From positions 1,116,001 to 1,180,000 of the forward strand of contig OX337233.1 in NCBI GenBank assembly GCA_946965045.2: a stretch of DNA of 64,000 nucleotides, in the 5' to 3' direction. A program made the position numbers and the translations under genes. Below the pieces are notes generated by a model. It worked only from the letters and a program-made list of their open reading frames with translations. It searched no databases and had not been told where the DNA came from. Source of the stretch: Epithemia pelagica (lineage: Eukaryota > Protista > Bacillariophyta). Below, one piece after another: positions 12,896 through 24,642 of the stretch; the stretch's first letter is position 1, and each line of letters starts with the position of its first letter.

Positions 12896-15800
12896 ATGGG
12901 GCAACAGTTCAACGCATCGACATCATCCACAATGACACGATCATCGGACTCACCTCACGCAGCACAGTCTCGGATGGAACGAAGTTTTTCTGGGAACGAG
13001 ATTGTTGAACTGTTTCGGAAGCAGTGCTCACCCACCGTGTTTGGATTCTGCAACAAGTGGTTCCGAGATGTCGAGCTTGTAGGATATATGAACACTTGGT
13101 TGCCAGGATTGTCTGTGCTGGAAATGAACCGTGCTTTCCGAAGAGAAAAAAGCATTGCAATGTGTTTCGATGATGTTGAAAAGCCAAACAAGTATGGCTT
13201 CTACCGCTACAGAGATACAATCAAAAGGGAACGCTTCACATTCTATTACATCTCTAAAGACACAACAACCCTGCCAGTGATGTTGGACGATCATCAAGAA
13301 TGGCTGGAGGCTGCAGCCGAGAATGTGATTCGGCGGTCGGGACGAGCGAAGCCAACGAAGCGAAGGAACGAAGAGTCACCAGGGTTGCGTGAAGGCACGC
13401 TAAATACATCCAAGCAAGCAAGAAACACTTCAAATCCACCAGCAATCAAGAGCACTGCAACGCAGCAACATGGTCAACCGCCACAAATTGGAGACAGCCC
13501 TACCGAAATGCAAACGTCACCACCTCACGACAACACAAATCAGGTGCTTGTTGGAGCAATCCAACATCCTGAATTGGCCACAGACGAGATCAGCCATGAC
13601 CATCCACAGAGTTTGCCGATTGGTTTTTCAGTTTTCGAGAGTGAGATGATCCAAGGTCTATCGCAACAAATGGAAAGCGCCTATTTTGATGAGCCAAGGA
13701 ACCGTAGGCTCTTTGCCGGCAAATGCGATTCTCCAGGATCGTCAAAACGAAATCTTGAGCGATGGATAGAAACCCTTGAAAGGGCCATTTCCAACGTGGA
13801 GGCACTTCCGAATGTGGTTAACAAGGGAGACATCTTCCCCCTCAACCAGGAACAGCAACAGAGGGTACTGCTCAAGGCAACGTATTTACAACTTTCTCAT
13901 AAGATAGCGTTGCTTGATATGCCACACGGTCGTACATGGCTGAACTGCATAAGCGAAGCCATTAGCAAAATGGAACAGATTTATGGTGAAAAAGTAAGAA
14001 AACATCCCAAGGCCATTGCTCGTTTTCACAGGTACTTTCGGGAAAACGACAGTGTCCCTCATCCCAACTACCACGTTCGTATTGGGAAAGAGCCATCGCC
14101 CGTCTTATTCGTTCACATACCTGAAGCAAAGGTAAAGTTTGAATGCTGGGCAAAGGAAAACCTGAGCACTCTTACAACAGAGTCTGCTCTAATGTACCTG
14201 AGGACAACATTGCTTCCGGATATGCATACCATGATCGTACAAGAGTGCATGGATACGAATGCAACGCCAGTATCGTACGAGGACTTCTTGGCATCAATGA
14301 AGCTTTCCACCATTTCGCATAGCACAGCGTGGCGATGTATTGCTGCTGCAGGGTTCGTGTTCAAGGAACACACGAAAACATACTTCACTGATCGACACGA
14401 AAATGCTGAGAATGTTGCCCACAGAGCTGCTTTTGTCAAGAAGTACTTTAAGTGGGAAGAGCTGTCGTATCGGTGGGTGCAGCTCCCTACCGAGGATGCA
14501 ATCAAACTTGAAAACGAAGGGAATGCGGGCAAGGAGAAGCTCTTGCCAAACAGCTTTGTATTTGAGTACACTGATGTAACAACAGGCAAGCAGATGCGGG
14601 AGTACCATGTTGATGCCTTCCCAAGCGAATTTGAACGGTACATCAAACCAGAAAACACAATTCACAATGGAAACTTGTCACACAGGTTTCCCTCCGACCG
14701 CAAACCTGTCATCCTCATCGGCCAGGACAAATCGATCTACAAGCAGTTTTCCTTCTCGTCCAAGGCATGGTACACTAAAGATGGCGCAACTAAAATGCTG
14801 CCAAAGGATGATGGACATGGGATGATGATCAGCGCTTTTGTAAGCCGATCATGGGGCTTCCTTATGAACAGAAACCCGTTGCTTGCTGCGAGTCTATTTC
14901 GGATTAATGAACTCCGTCTACATGCGACACACAACAAATACGTCTCTACCGAGGCTGCAGTGAACCTCAATGGTCACACTGCCAAGACTCCAATTACCAA
15001 TGCCCAACCGTTCACTCGCTTTTTTGAATACGGAGCAGATAAAGAGGGATATTGGAATTATGAATACATGGCCTTGCAGTTGGAGGATATTGTCGATTGC
15101 CTCGTGGTCATGTTCCCCGCCCATGACTTTGTCTTTTTATCCGACCAAAGCAGTGGTCATGGAAAACAACAATCCGATGGGTTAAATGCTCTGAACATGA
15201 AAAACGACTGGGGAGGAGCTGTTCCCAGCATGCGGGACACACAAATTATTGATCAAGCTTGCCTTGGCCCGTACAACCATGACGACAAACTACGAGTTGG
15301 TGACGTACAACACCTCGTCTATCAGGAGAACGATCGTGGTCCAGTTGCTAAAAAAGGCCATCGTCTCAATGACGCGCAGCGTGTCGCATCGAAGAATACA
15401 CACCAAACTGGTAGAAAGAAAAAGCGCAACCTCACAAAGAAGGAGCTCATGGCAAAACTTGTCCGGGTCATGGGACCTGGAATGCAACGTTCATTTCAAT
15501 CGAAAAATGCTAGTGAACTACAGGACCTTTGTAAACGCTCCAACATTGCAACGGTGATTGAAGATGATGTGATCGAGGAAGGCTGGATGAATGCTGCAAA
15601 AGGGCTCTTTCAAGTGTTATGGGAGCGGGGGTGGATAGACCCTAACAACATGATCAAGTACGTCAAGACAACCAGAGATGCATGGCTGGAAGCGGATAAG
15701 AAGACTGTGAAAGAAGCCTATCAGGCGGACTACAAAAAGTACTCTATGGTTCATCTGATGAGCGAATGCTCCGATTTCAAGAACGAAAAATCTGCAATGG

Positions 15801-16242
15801 AGAAGCTGGCGGAAGACTTGTCTGAACGACATCGTTGCAGGATCGAGATTCTCGTATCGACCAAGTATCACTGTGAAATGGCCGGTGAGGGGATCGAGTA
15901 TGGCTGGGGTTACTCAAAAAAAGTCTTTCGTGCTTTCTCACTGAATGAGAAGAAAGACAAAGCTGCCTTTTTACGATGTTTGACAGCGAGCCTGAAGAAA
16001 ACAACACCCGAAATCATGCGGAAAATGTCAGCAAAGGCACGTCGCTATATGCTCGCGTACTTGTTATACGATCAAAATTCCAACAACAGAGACTATGCAG
16101 CTGCGGGCCTCTCGTATGCCAAAATTGAATTGAAAAGATGTCAAAAGCAATCAAGTGTCACCGATCCGCCTTCGACCAAGATCATGGCTTCATCTCACGT
16201 CTCTGGAGAGAAACGCAAGGATCTGGTGCAGTAGAAACCTGA
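12896..16242 (+). pseudogene. DDE transposase (Tc1/mariner, Sagan-like), probably disabled
   Basis: Motifs ILIGQDKSIYKQF, PKDDGHGMMISAF, KEGYW, FLSDQSSGH, KGLFQVLWERG, DFKNEKSAME, KYHCEMAGEGIEYGWG and ARRYMLAY. A 5-bp duplication ATTGA-ATTGA at 16124-16133 shifts the C-terminus KCHRSAFDQDHGF (stop 16240-42) out of frame. QDES-like motif reads QDKS. Confidence 0.85.
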
Positions 16243-16653
16243 TCTAATCTCCATTTATCATCAAAATGCATGTAACTTAACTATTTATAACAGCAATCCA
16301 TTTTATTGAATGTATTTCTTGTCAGTTATTGGTATCAATGATCACTTCCGTGTTGCGTGCTCGTGTTGCGTGTTGGATTATCAGTTTGTTAGTACCTCGA
16401 AAATGTGAGAGAGCGAGAAAATGGACGATTTTCGGAGCAGACCTCGCGCGAAACACGCCCCCCTCTCCGAAAACGCGCACGCATCGCGAAACTGGCACGC
16501 AAATCCTTAAGTAACTTAGCCCACATACCAAAACTTCACCGTTTTTTAGTATGTGAGCTCAAGATTTTTTTTTGGAATGTGAGCTGAGGGCTGAGGAGAA
16601 TGCTGCGTTTCGTGTTTCTTGTGTTTTGTGTTTCGAGTTTTTGCGTTTCGACC

Positions 16654-19602
16654 ATGGGGAAACCAAGCCCTAAGAAACAGTATTCAAAAGCAGGCGCTCA
16701 AAAACGAGACAGCATGAGTGACAAAGGAAATCTTGACGCTCTTATACTTGCAATAGATGCAGCGGAAGAGCAGTCAGCCAAAGCAGCAGCGGCGCCCGAA
16801 GCAGCAGCAGCCGCAGCACCCGAAGCAGCAGCAACAGACGAAGCGACAACAACAAAGCACCATCGGTTTCTTTCGGATCAAGACTTTGCCGAAGTGAAGG
16901 ATAAAAAGCTTGCAGATGTTTGGCGTGGCCATCCAGAGAAGGACCACAGCAAACAGTATTCGGAAACTCAAATGCGGCAGCTCCTCACCGATACGCGCAC
17001 AGCGGACTACAAGAAAGGCGTCGAGGAAGTGGAGAAACTCCCTTCTCGTTCTGGACGGGATCCAATCAGGACTTTCACCGAAGGCCTCAAGACGCTCTCC
17101 AAGATCAAAGACAGTGCTGTACTTGCCTGTGCTATGGGAGAGTATGTCTCACGGAAGATTTTGGCCACTTTTTCGGTCCAAGAAGCTCCAATTCGGAAGC
17201 CCGGTTCAGGCTTGCAAAAGGGGAAGATTGTGCCACTTTCGGGTGGAATGGGTCTCCCTGTCAAGAAGAACAGAAAACATACCTTCCCGATCGGCAAGCA
17301 TGTTGGTTACACATTTGCGAACAATCCGGTAGTCAAGATCTACCTTGGAAAAGTGCTTCTGTTTGAGGTGAAGGAGTCAAAACTCCCAGGCGCCGGGTTT
17401 GGCGTTTTTGCAGTTCGGACAATCAAAGATGGTGAAGTGATTGGCGCGTACACGGGAAACGACGTCACGTCTCGGACAGTTGTACCCAACGAGTACGCAA
17501 TTCAGTTCGGACGTGACAATCGAAGGCTTCAAGCAGACAACGACGATCACTTCGGCATGGGGCTGCACTTAATCAACGACCACCTACACCATCGGTACGG
17601 TACAGACAATCCACCGGATGAATCGGATGATCAATACAACGTGAGAATCATGCCGAATCTTCTAGTCAAGGCAATCAAGCCGATCGAAAAGGGCGACGAG
17701 CTGTCTTTGTTTTATAACCTTTCGGACGAATCGCCGACGTCCTCCGAACAGGTTATCCGACCGTCGACGAAAGGTGACGACGACGAAGACGAGGGAAAGA
17801 AACGCGGTCGACCCAGTGATGAAAATGAAGACAACGGGAAAAAAACAAAGAAGGCTTTCGCTACCTCTTCTACTACTATTTTCCACCCAGTTGCTGCTGT
17901 TGCTCGTCCTCCTGCTCTTCCTTCTCCGCCTCCTCCGTAAGACCTTTCTGGGCACTACAATTCGCCCCCTCAGCTGCCACCACATCATCCTCCGCCGTAT
18001 CATCCTCATCCTCCGCCGTATTATGATCCACCGCATCATCCTCATCCTCCGCCATATTATGATCCACCGCATCGTCATCATCCTCCTTCGTATCATCCTC
18101 CGCCGCATCATCATCATCATCCTCCTTCGTATCATCCTCCGCCGTATCATCATCATCCTCCTTCGTATCATCCTCCGCCGCATCATCCTCCGCCGCCGCA
18201 TCATCCTCAGCCGCATTACCATGGGCATCCCCCGTCCTATAATCAACCCCATTATGGAGGAGGTTACCAGGGGGCTCTGCCTTTATCGCAGCAACAACAA
18301 CGCACGACCCAGCCGGTCGTAGGTTCACCGGAGCGTCCGAGCAATCCCGTCCCACCTGCAGCACAAGCTCAACCCGCCACTCGACCCGATTGCTCCCTTT
18401 CTGGAATGTTAGTACAAGTAATTGCCTTGCCAGAATTTTCAGAAAGTGACACCACGGATGACAATTCTTTTGATCAGGAGATGTCGGATGACAATTCTTT
18501 TGCTCCGGAGATGAATGTGATCGACGAGTTAATGCAGGAGGGTGAATGGCAAAAGCAACAGATGTTGCAAAATAGAGAATTGCGCAAGAAGTATTTCAAA
18601 TCGCTATACGATAGTGAAAACAAAATCTATCGAGGCTGTTTTTTTACAACGCCGGCAGACCTCCTCCAGTTGTTGGAGCAAGTGTGGAAAGGCAAACACC
18701 TGAACAGTAAAGGAAAGGGCACCTTTTTCAAATCTGTTCAAGACTACACCCCAAATTTGTTGATGGCGATGATGGAAGATGAGGGCATGATGGCCAACAC
18801 TCGGTACTTCAACGGCTGCGACCCAGAACATGTCCAAAAAGTCACGACAGATTTCAAGCAGTTTCTTGCCTCAGCTCTCCATGGAATGAACTACGCAAAA
18901 GATGAATCATTTGCGGACCAAATGAGCATTTACCTTTCGCTTATGAAGACCACTCGGGAAGAAGTGCAAGAACCTCACATCGACTTCTTGTTCCCAGCCG
19001 TAACAGGAAACATGTCCGAGAGTCCAAAAACGCCATCCGGGAAGCAACAAAAAAGCAAAAGGATGACTCGGCGATCGTTCTCAGATCTGCCACTCCGGGA
19101 ACGCATCCCCTTCATTGTTTTTATGCCCCTGACGGAGGAGGGTATGTCCATTGAATTGTGGAGCTACCGTGCTGAGAAGCACGAGAACTATACGCATGAG
19201 TTGGGTAACGTGGTACAAATCCCGTACGGCAAGTTTCTCCTCGTTCGAGGAGATACTGTCCATGCTGGTGGCTTTGAGACTGGAGAGCTGGGAAATCCAC
19301 GTGCACATTTTTATGTGTACCAAGGAAAAATGGGACCATCCACGATCCCATGCCAAAGAACAGCTACAATCTACCTTCTGGACAAAGGCTTTCAGAGTGC
19401 TACTTCCATCAAAAGGACATTCCTGGTGATCGCCCAAGTGGGATCATTCGGGTTAACCTTACGCTCGATGGCCATCGCGTTGCCGTCCAGGGTGATTATC
19501 GTAGAGTGCTTCTGGCTACGAAAAAACCTGGTATTTAGATCGCGAACAAAGAAGCCGATCAAACTTAGATCTTTCCTTGTGGTGAAAGTGTGTTATTGTT
19601 GA
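16654..19602 (+). pseudogene. Transposon cargo: SET domain - His/Pro/Tyr repeat - 2OG-Fe(II) dioxygenase (PhyH-like) fusion interrupted by one TAA (17938-17940)
   Basis: ORFs 16600-17940 and 18406-19602 share a frame, and 17941-18405 has no stop in it. SET motifs: GAGFGVFA, AYTG, HLINDH, KPIEKGDELSLFY. Dioxygenase motifs: PHID (HxD), VHAGG, PRAHFY. Possible 1-bp loss in the A-run at 19326-30. Confidence 0.8.
17980..18225 (+). repeat. Coding low-complexity repeat (HPPPYY/HPPSY units, CATCCT-rich)
   Basis: In-frame translation HHPPPYHPHPPPYYDPPHHPHPPPYYDPP...; the overlapping Arg/Ile/Met-rich and Asp-rich ORFs are off-frame shadows. Confidence 0.9.
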
Positions 19603-20046
19603 AAAAGAATACCATGGTACGTTGAGTTGCAGTATGACATTAAGATTTACTAGTTTATTCCTTCATATTATACTTTAGTACATTGTCGTGTTGTGTCGAA
19701 AACGCAAAATATGAGATAAGAATCATAGCTCGTCTGGGACCAATCACAAACTCCCTCTTACATCCATACGAGGCGTGCCCGCAAACCGGGACCCAACTAC
19801 CGACACTGGCAAGCTGGATAACGACGATGACCATGATGATGAAGAGGACAAACAGGATGAGCGATGATAGCTACAACAAGGACGACTACAATACAACGAC
19901 AACAATGATAGCCACGACAATGACGAGGACTTGGACGACGACAATGATGATAATCACAACAAGAATGACTGTAGAAGCACTACCATGATGACAAATCGAT
20001 TCATATTTAGTGATTAAGGATACCTAAAACGTCCATCAGTAGATAT

Positions 20047-20953
20047 CTAGTACGCCTCGTCCTCATGATCCAAGTACTCGGGACCAAAAAGCCCGTTTTG
20101 CTGCGTACCGATGAAGTCTTCTTGGGTCTCGAGAAATCCATCATCGGCATACGAATCAATAGATGTCCGGTATGCACGGGAAGGATTGCTAAAGAACAAA
20201 GGAGGAGACGACGGGATGTTTTCTCCCAATGCCAGCGACTCATTCAAAGTCTGGCGAGGGTCTGTCGCTCCACTTTTCTTCACCTGTTCCTCAGCAATCC
20301 GACGCTGGAAAGCATGCTTCTGGGAGGGGGTCAGTGCAAAAGCTCGAGACGCCACCTTCAGGGAAGAAGTTACTTTCTTCGGGGTCACATAAGACTCTGG
20401 AGTCTTGTTCTCGACGTCGTCCTCCTTCTTGATCTCCTTCTCGGGCTTGCTGTCGGGCTTGTTGTCGGGCTTGCTGTTGGGTTTGGTGTCTGTGGCAGCA
20501 GAGGGCGCGTCGTGAGAAAGGGAGACTCAAAACCAACAATGAACAATCAAACTTATCTTCTTTGCCGACAGCCTCGATCGCAAGGAGCTCTGCCGCGATA
20601 TCCGACAGGTTAGCGCATTCGACGTCCTTGTTGCTGACGAAGAACACTGGGATACCATCTTCATCCCCAATGGTGAGTTGCCACTGTTTTGCGCGCTCGT
20701 GCCACGACGAAGGACCCTCAAGGTTGAAGGTCACATGCTTCTTTGTCGAAGCGGGAGACTTCGTCGTCGTCGTCTTCTTCTTCTTCGACGTTTTGTTGTC
20801 CACGGCCGTCTTTGTCTTCATTTTCTTGTTTGCCTTGTTTCCCTTGTTTCCCTTGTCGGAGGGAAATGCGGTTGTGGAGGGAGCTGCGGCGGAGTCCTCC
20901 TGCTCCTTCTTCGCAGACTCAGCTCGTTTGGTAGCACTACGCGTCTGGCGCAT
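20047..20953 (-). CDS. Transposon cargo: Lys-rich hypothetical protein, two exons (20953-20557, 20489-20047), splice donor apparently mutated
   Basis: A 67-nt intron 20556-20490 (ATAAGT...CCACAG) joins the 250-aa and 113-aa ORFs in frame (GKE-D-TKPNSKPD), giving 279 aa. The donor reads AT rather than GT. Confidence 0.55.
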
Positions 20954-21124
20954 CGTTGGAAAGTGAGAACACAATAGGGATTCGTTCGTTTGATTGTTGT
21001 GTTTGTTTGTTTGATTGTTGCCCGCTCTCCGTTCTTGTGTCATCTAGGGAATCCCCCCGCGCTCATTCGTGAACAATATCGGCGCGCGCCACAAAATCAA
21101 CTTGCAGCATGAAGCAACTTCCGA

Positions 21125-21697
21125 ATGACCCGCCATGCAATGGAACAATCAAACAGAGACGACAGGAAGAGGCAAGGAAGAAGAAACAAGATGACCAACA
21201 TGAGGACGAAGTTCGAGTTCAACGAAGAGGATGGCCGTGAGGGTGGTGCTGGTCTCCCGTTCAAGTCGTGCTTTTATGCCAGCGATGTTTGCGCGCTCAT
21301 CGGGCCCATGTCGAGAAACAAGGACACTGGCCACAACATCGTCGACCGTGGCCATCTGCTTGTGCAGCGGGAGGTTGCGACCGACTACCTACGGATTGCA
21401 GTCTTTGACCGGGATGCAACAAGCGAGCATGAGGAACCAGCGTTGGTTGTTCCAGTTGGGTTCATTGCTCTGTCGCACCTGGACCAGGTCTCTGGGAAGA
21501 CGAGCAAGAACGGACCTCCCATGGGACGCATCCGCCTCTACACACGCTGCTCCATCAACCCTCAAGCCTGCATGGAACCCCAGGTCGTTACAATCTACAT
21601 GGGCAGCAAGGATATGGATCGCTTCAGCATTTCGCTTGGTGCGATGATGCTCAAGCACCCGCTTCAAAATCTCTTCTTTAATCATCAACAAGCCTAG
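21125..21697 (+). CDS. Transposon cargo: hypothetical protein, possible PH-like (RanBD/EVH1) fold
   Basis: 190-aa ORF divergent from the previous gene; segment IVDRGHLLVQREVATDYLRIAVFDRD resembles PH-like beta strands (weak). Confidence 0.5.
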   Translation: MTRHAMEQSNRDDRKRQGRRNKMTNMRTKFEFNEEDGREGGAGLPFKSCFYASDVCALIGPMSRNKDTGHNIVDRGHLLVQREVATDYLRIAVFDRDATSEHEEPALVVPVGFIALSHLDQVSGKTSKNGPPMGRIRLYTRCSINPQACMEPQVVTIYMGSKDMDRFSISLGAMMLKHPLQNLFFNHQQA

Positions 21698-22291
21698 ATA
21701 GTGAACAATGTAGCAGCGTTTTATGATTATCATTTGAGTAGGATCTTCATTCTCTATGAATACGATCTAATTCTATAGTTGTGTTACCTTTACCGTACAA
21801 TACATTGCGTTCAGGTACGGCTGTGTGAGTCACAACAACGAAAAGAACATCAATCTTTGTTGTGAACGACGCAACTTCTAGTCTAAGTTCCATATATCTA
21901 ACGAGAAGAATATCAATTTTTGACGTGAACAACGCTACAAGTGTTCATAGTCTTTGTTCTATCTTCTATCATTCGATTCTACAATAGAGGTGCATTGGTT
22001 GCACCAAGTTTTGCCGTGAGTCGCCGTAGTAAATCGCGCGGCGACCACCTTCAACTAGATAAAACCACACCTACAAAACGAATGCAGCGCCGACATCGTT
22101 CTCCATGCTCAACCCATGAATGGAGAAGAGGTTCAGAGCATGGGATCATGGAGCCGTCTCCTATTTGGCAAGAGATCGGTCAAAAGGACCGTTCACCATG
22201 GTCAATTTTTGGTAGAACGGTAGAGGCATAAATAGAAGGGCTATATTAAGGGGATGGCTCGCGCGAATTACGTAGATTTCCTACTGGAGCG

Positions 22292-22325
22292 CTACGTCAG
22301 GAACATTCTGTCTGAACTCAGCTTG
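22292..22325 (-). repeat. Right TIR (minus strand CAAGCTGAGTTCAGACAGAATGTTCCTGACGTAG)
   Basis: Inverted match to 12589-12622. Confidence 0.92.
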
Positions 22326-22629
22326 TACCTGGCCTTGTTCCCAAGGCCGGGCGCGTCGGTCGACTCTACTCTGCGTGGTGAGTACGACAGCGTTAAAATA
22401 GACTAGGACTTTTTTTTTTTCCGATCCGGCTTGCATTCGGAAGAACATCCAAACAAAGCAGGCCAAAAGACCTTTTCAGTTTTCAGCAGAGAGGGGACGA
22501 TCATGTTCCCAAGAAACCAAACAGAGACAAACAAGCAACATACAAGATGCTCTCACAAAAATCAAATCCTTACAAAGAACAACAACTCAACTACAAACCA
22601 AATCATCATCTGCTTCAAAATCTTTCATC

Positions 22630-23559
22630 ATGGGTAACTGTCTTCCATCCACTGCTTCCGCCTCTTTCACTGCTGCCAAACCCAAAGTTTTGGTTCTGGG
22701 TGCGAGTGGCTATGTGGGCAAGGCCACATTGACCAACTTGGTATCGCGTCATGGTGACAAGGTACAATTGTTTGCGGGAGTTCGCGATCCTTCCAAGTTT
22801 GAGTCCATGTCCGGTGTCCAAGTGATCAAGGCCGATATGGGTGCGGACCAGACCAGTCTGGTTTCGACTTTACGTGACTTTGATTGTTTGTTTTTGGTCA
22901 CACCGGGACACGAAAATCGTACCAAACTGACAATCAATGGCATTCATGCCGCCAAGGCTGCTGGAGTCAAGTACACGTTGGTGGTTTCGGTGTTGACAGC
23001 CGATACCAACTCTGTTTTTGGGAACCAAATGGCTCCGATTGAAGATGCTATGAAAACAAGTGGATTGAAAAGCTATGGCATTCTTCGTCTTCCCTTGTTT
23101 ATGGATAATTTTTATGCGGGTGCCCAGTCCATTAAGGAAAGTGGTACCTTATACGATCCACGCAATTCCAACCAAGTGTTTACACCCATTGCCGTCAACG
23201 ATGTTGGCAAGGCATCGGCTGACATATTGGCCAATCCTACCAACCATCATAACAAAACATACAAGCTGGTCATGCCTGGTTTTACACTGCAAGATTTGGC
23301 CAAGGCCTTTTCTACTACATTGAAGAAGGACGTGACAGTGACGACCGTTCCGTATTCGGCAGCCAAGGAAGCCTTTATGGGAATGGGTTTTCCAGAATGG
23401 CAGGTGGATGGTATCTTGGAGTTGTTTCAAATGATTGATAATGGTAGTGCTGTGACCAATGAGACGAAAGATACAAGTGACTTTAGCAAGATTACGGGTG
23501 GTGAACAGCCCATGACCATGTCACAATGGGTACAAGCCAATGCGGCTGGATTTCAATAA
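22630..23559 (+). CDS. NmrA-like NAD(P)-binding atypical SDR, copy 1
   Basis: Rossmann motif VLVLGASGYVGKA, plus FLVTP, LRLPLFMDN and IAVNDVGKA; N-terminus MGNCLPS. Confidence 0.9.
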   Translation: MGNCLPSTASASFTAAKPKVLVLGASGYVGKATLTNLVSRHGDKVQLFAGVRDPSKFESMSGVQVIKADMGADQTSLVSTLRDFDCLFLVTPGHENRTKLTINGIHAAKAAGVKYTLVVSVLTADTNSVFGNQMAPIEDAMKTSGLKSYGILRLPLFMDNFYAGAQSIKESGTLYDPRNSNQVFTPIAVNDVGKASADILANPTNHHNKTYKLVMPGFTLQDLAKAFSTTLKKDVTVTTVPYSAAKEAFMGMGFPEWQVDGILELFQMIDNGSAVTNETKDTSDFSKITGGEQPMTMSQWVQANAAGFQ

Positions 23560-24642
23560 ACCAATGGAAAAAGGGCGAGGAGGAGAATGTCACATGGTCC
23601 ATGTCACAGTCAAAAGGAATCAAGGAGAGTACAACGAAAGTGTAGATTAGTAAAAAGTGGATATAGACGAGCTGAAAGGCCTGGTTTCATTGATTTCAAA
23701 GATAGCGAGCTCTGGTGGTACGGCACGAGATTGGAACAACCTTCGAACACCGAACCTTTGCATAGTAGGAAGCGAAGTCCTTGGTTTGTGGTGTTGCATT
23801 ATTGTCAATGGGAAAAGAATCCTTCCACATATCAAAAGTCCCGTCCGTACAAAGCCTGCGTGACTTGAGCCGTCCATGATCTCTTCCCTGAACTACTCTA
23901 TACATGGCGATTGTCCGCTATGTCGTATCTATAGAGGGAGGTTGATCTTTGACCTGCCCGCTTTGTCTTTGAGACCGTCTACCTAGATTGATTTCGCTTT
24001 TCCTTTACCTCTCTCCATCTCTATTTTCTCCTACTAGAGTATTTACTGTTGCTAGGAGGAGTAGCTCGCATGCTATGCTCCTTAGCTAGAGACCAAAGGA
24101 AATTGTGTGGAGTACTCGTAGTATACCTCTATTCATAGCTATGTTCTTCTCGCACTCGCGCAACGGACATTCCGACATTCGATCGTGTCTATTTTTCATG
24201 ACAACGATAGTTGGTTGGGCACGCATACCCACAACGGAAAATGGAAGAATCCAAATCCATCCCTTCACAGATTTCAAACAGGGTATCGTTTAGGGAAGAT
24301 ACAGTCCGAGTCATTCCATTCTTCATCTCCCTGTGATTACGAGTATAACAGTGTTGTTTCGTGTTGTTTGGGGGAAACAATTGCCACCAACAATTGATAA
24401 AAAGTCATCCTTTGGTCGAGACACAAAACGGCAACGATTGTCACTATCTTCGTCTTGTTGTTGTTGTTGGCAATCGATTGCTTGCGATTGTCTCTGGTCT
24501 GGTATTCAAAGTTTATCAGCGAGATTGCATCAAGCTCAAGTCCTTATTGTGACGCTCTCCTCTCCCGTTATTCGTGCGTACAAAAACATCAACAAGCATT
24601 CTCCACCGTACCACGCTTCTGGAACGAACAAAGAAGAAGATC

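Larger units (their letters stand above)
12589..22325 (+). mobile_element. Cargo-carrying IS630/Tc1/mariner-superfamily DNA transposon (Sagan-like transposase), 9737 bp, TA target duplication
   Basis: 34-bp TIRs with 3 mismatches; TA on both sides (12587-88, 22326-27); an empty-site paralog in the neighbouring repeat copy; DDE transposase at the left end; three cargo reading frames. Confidence 0.9.

Noticed and set aside
17662-18364. Arg/Met-rich, Ile/Arg-rich and Asp-rich ORFs
   Set aside because: Alternative-frame and antisense readings of the His/Pro/Tyr linker repeat.
19800-19990. Asp/Asn-rich GAC/GAT/AAC low-complexity tract inside the transposon
   Set aside because: Frame changes and stops, with no clear start; may be a decayed fragment but cannot be called a gene.
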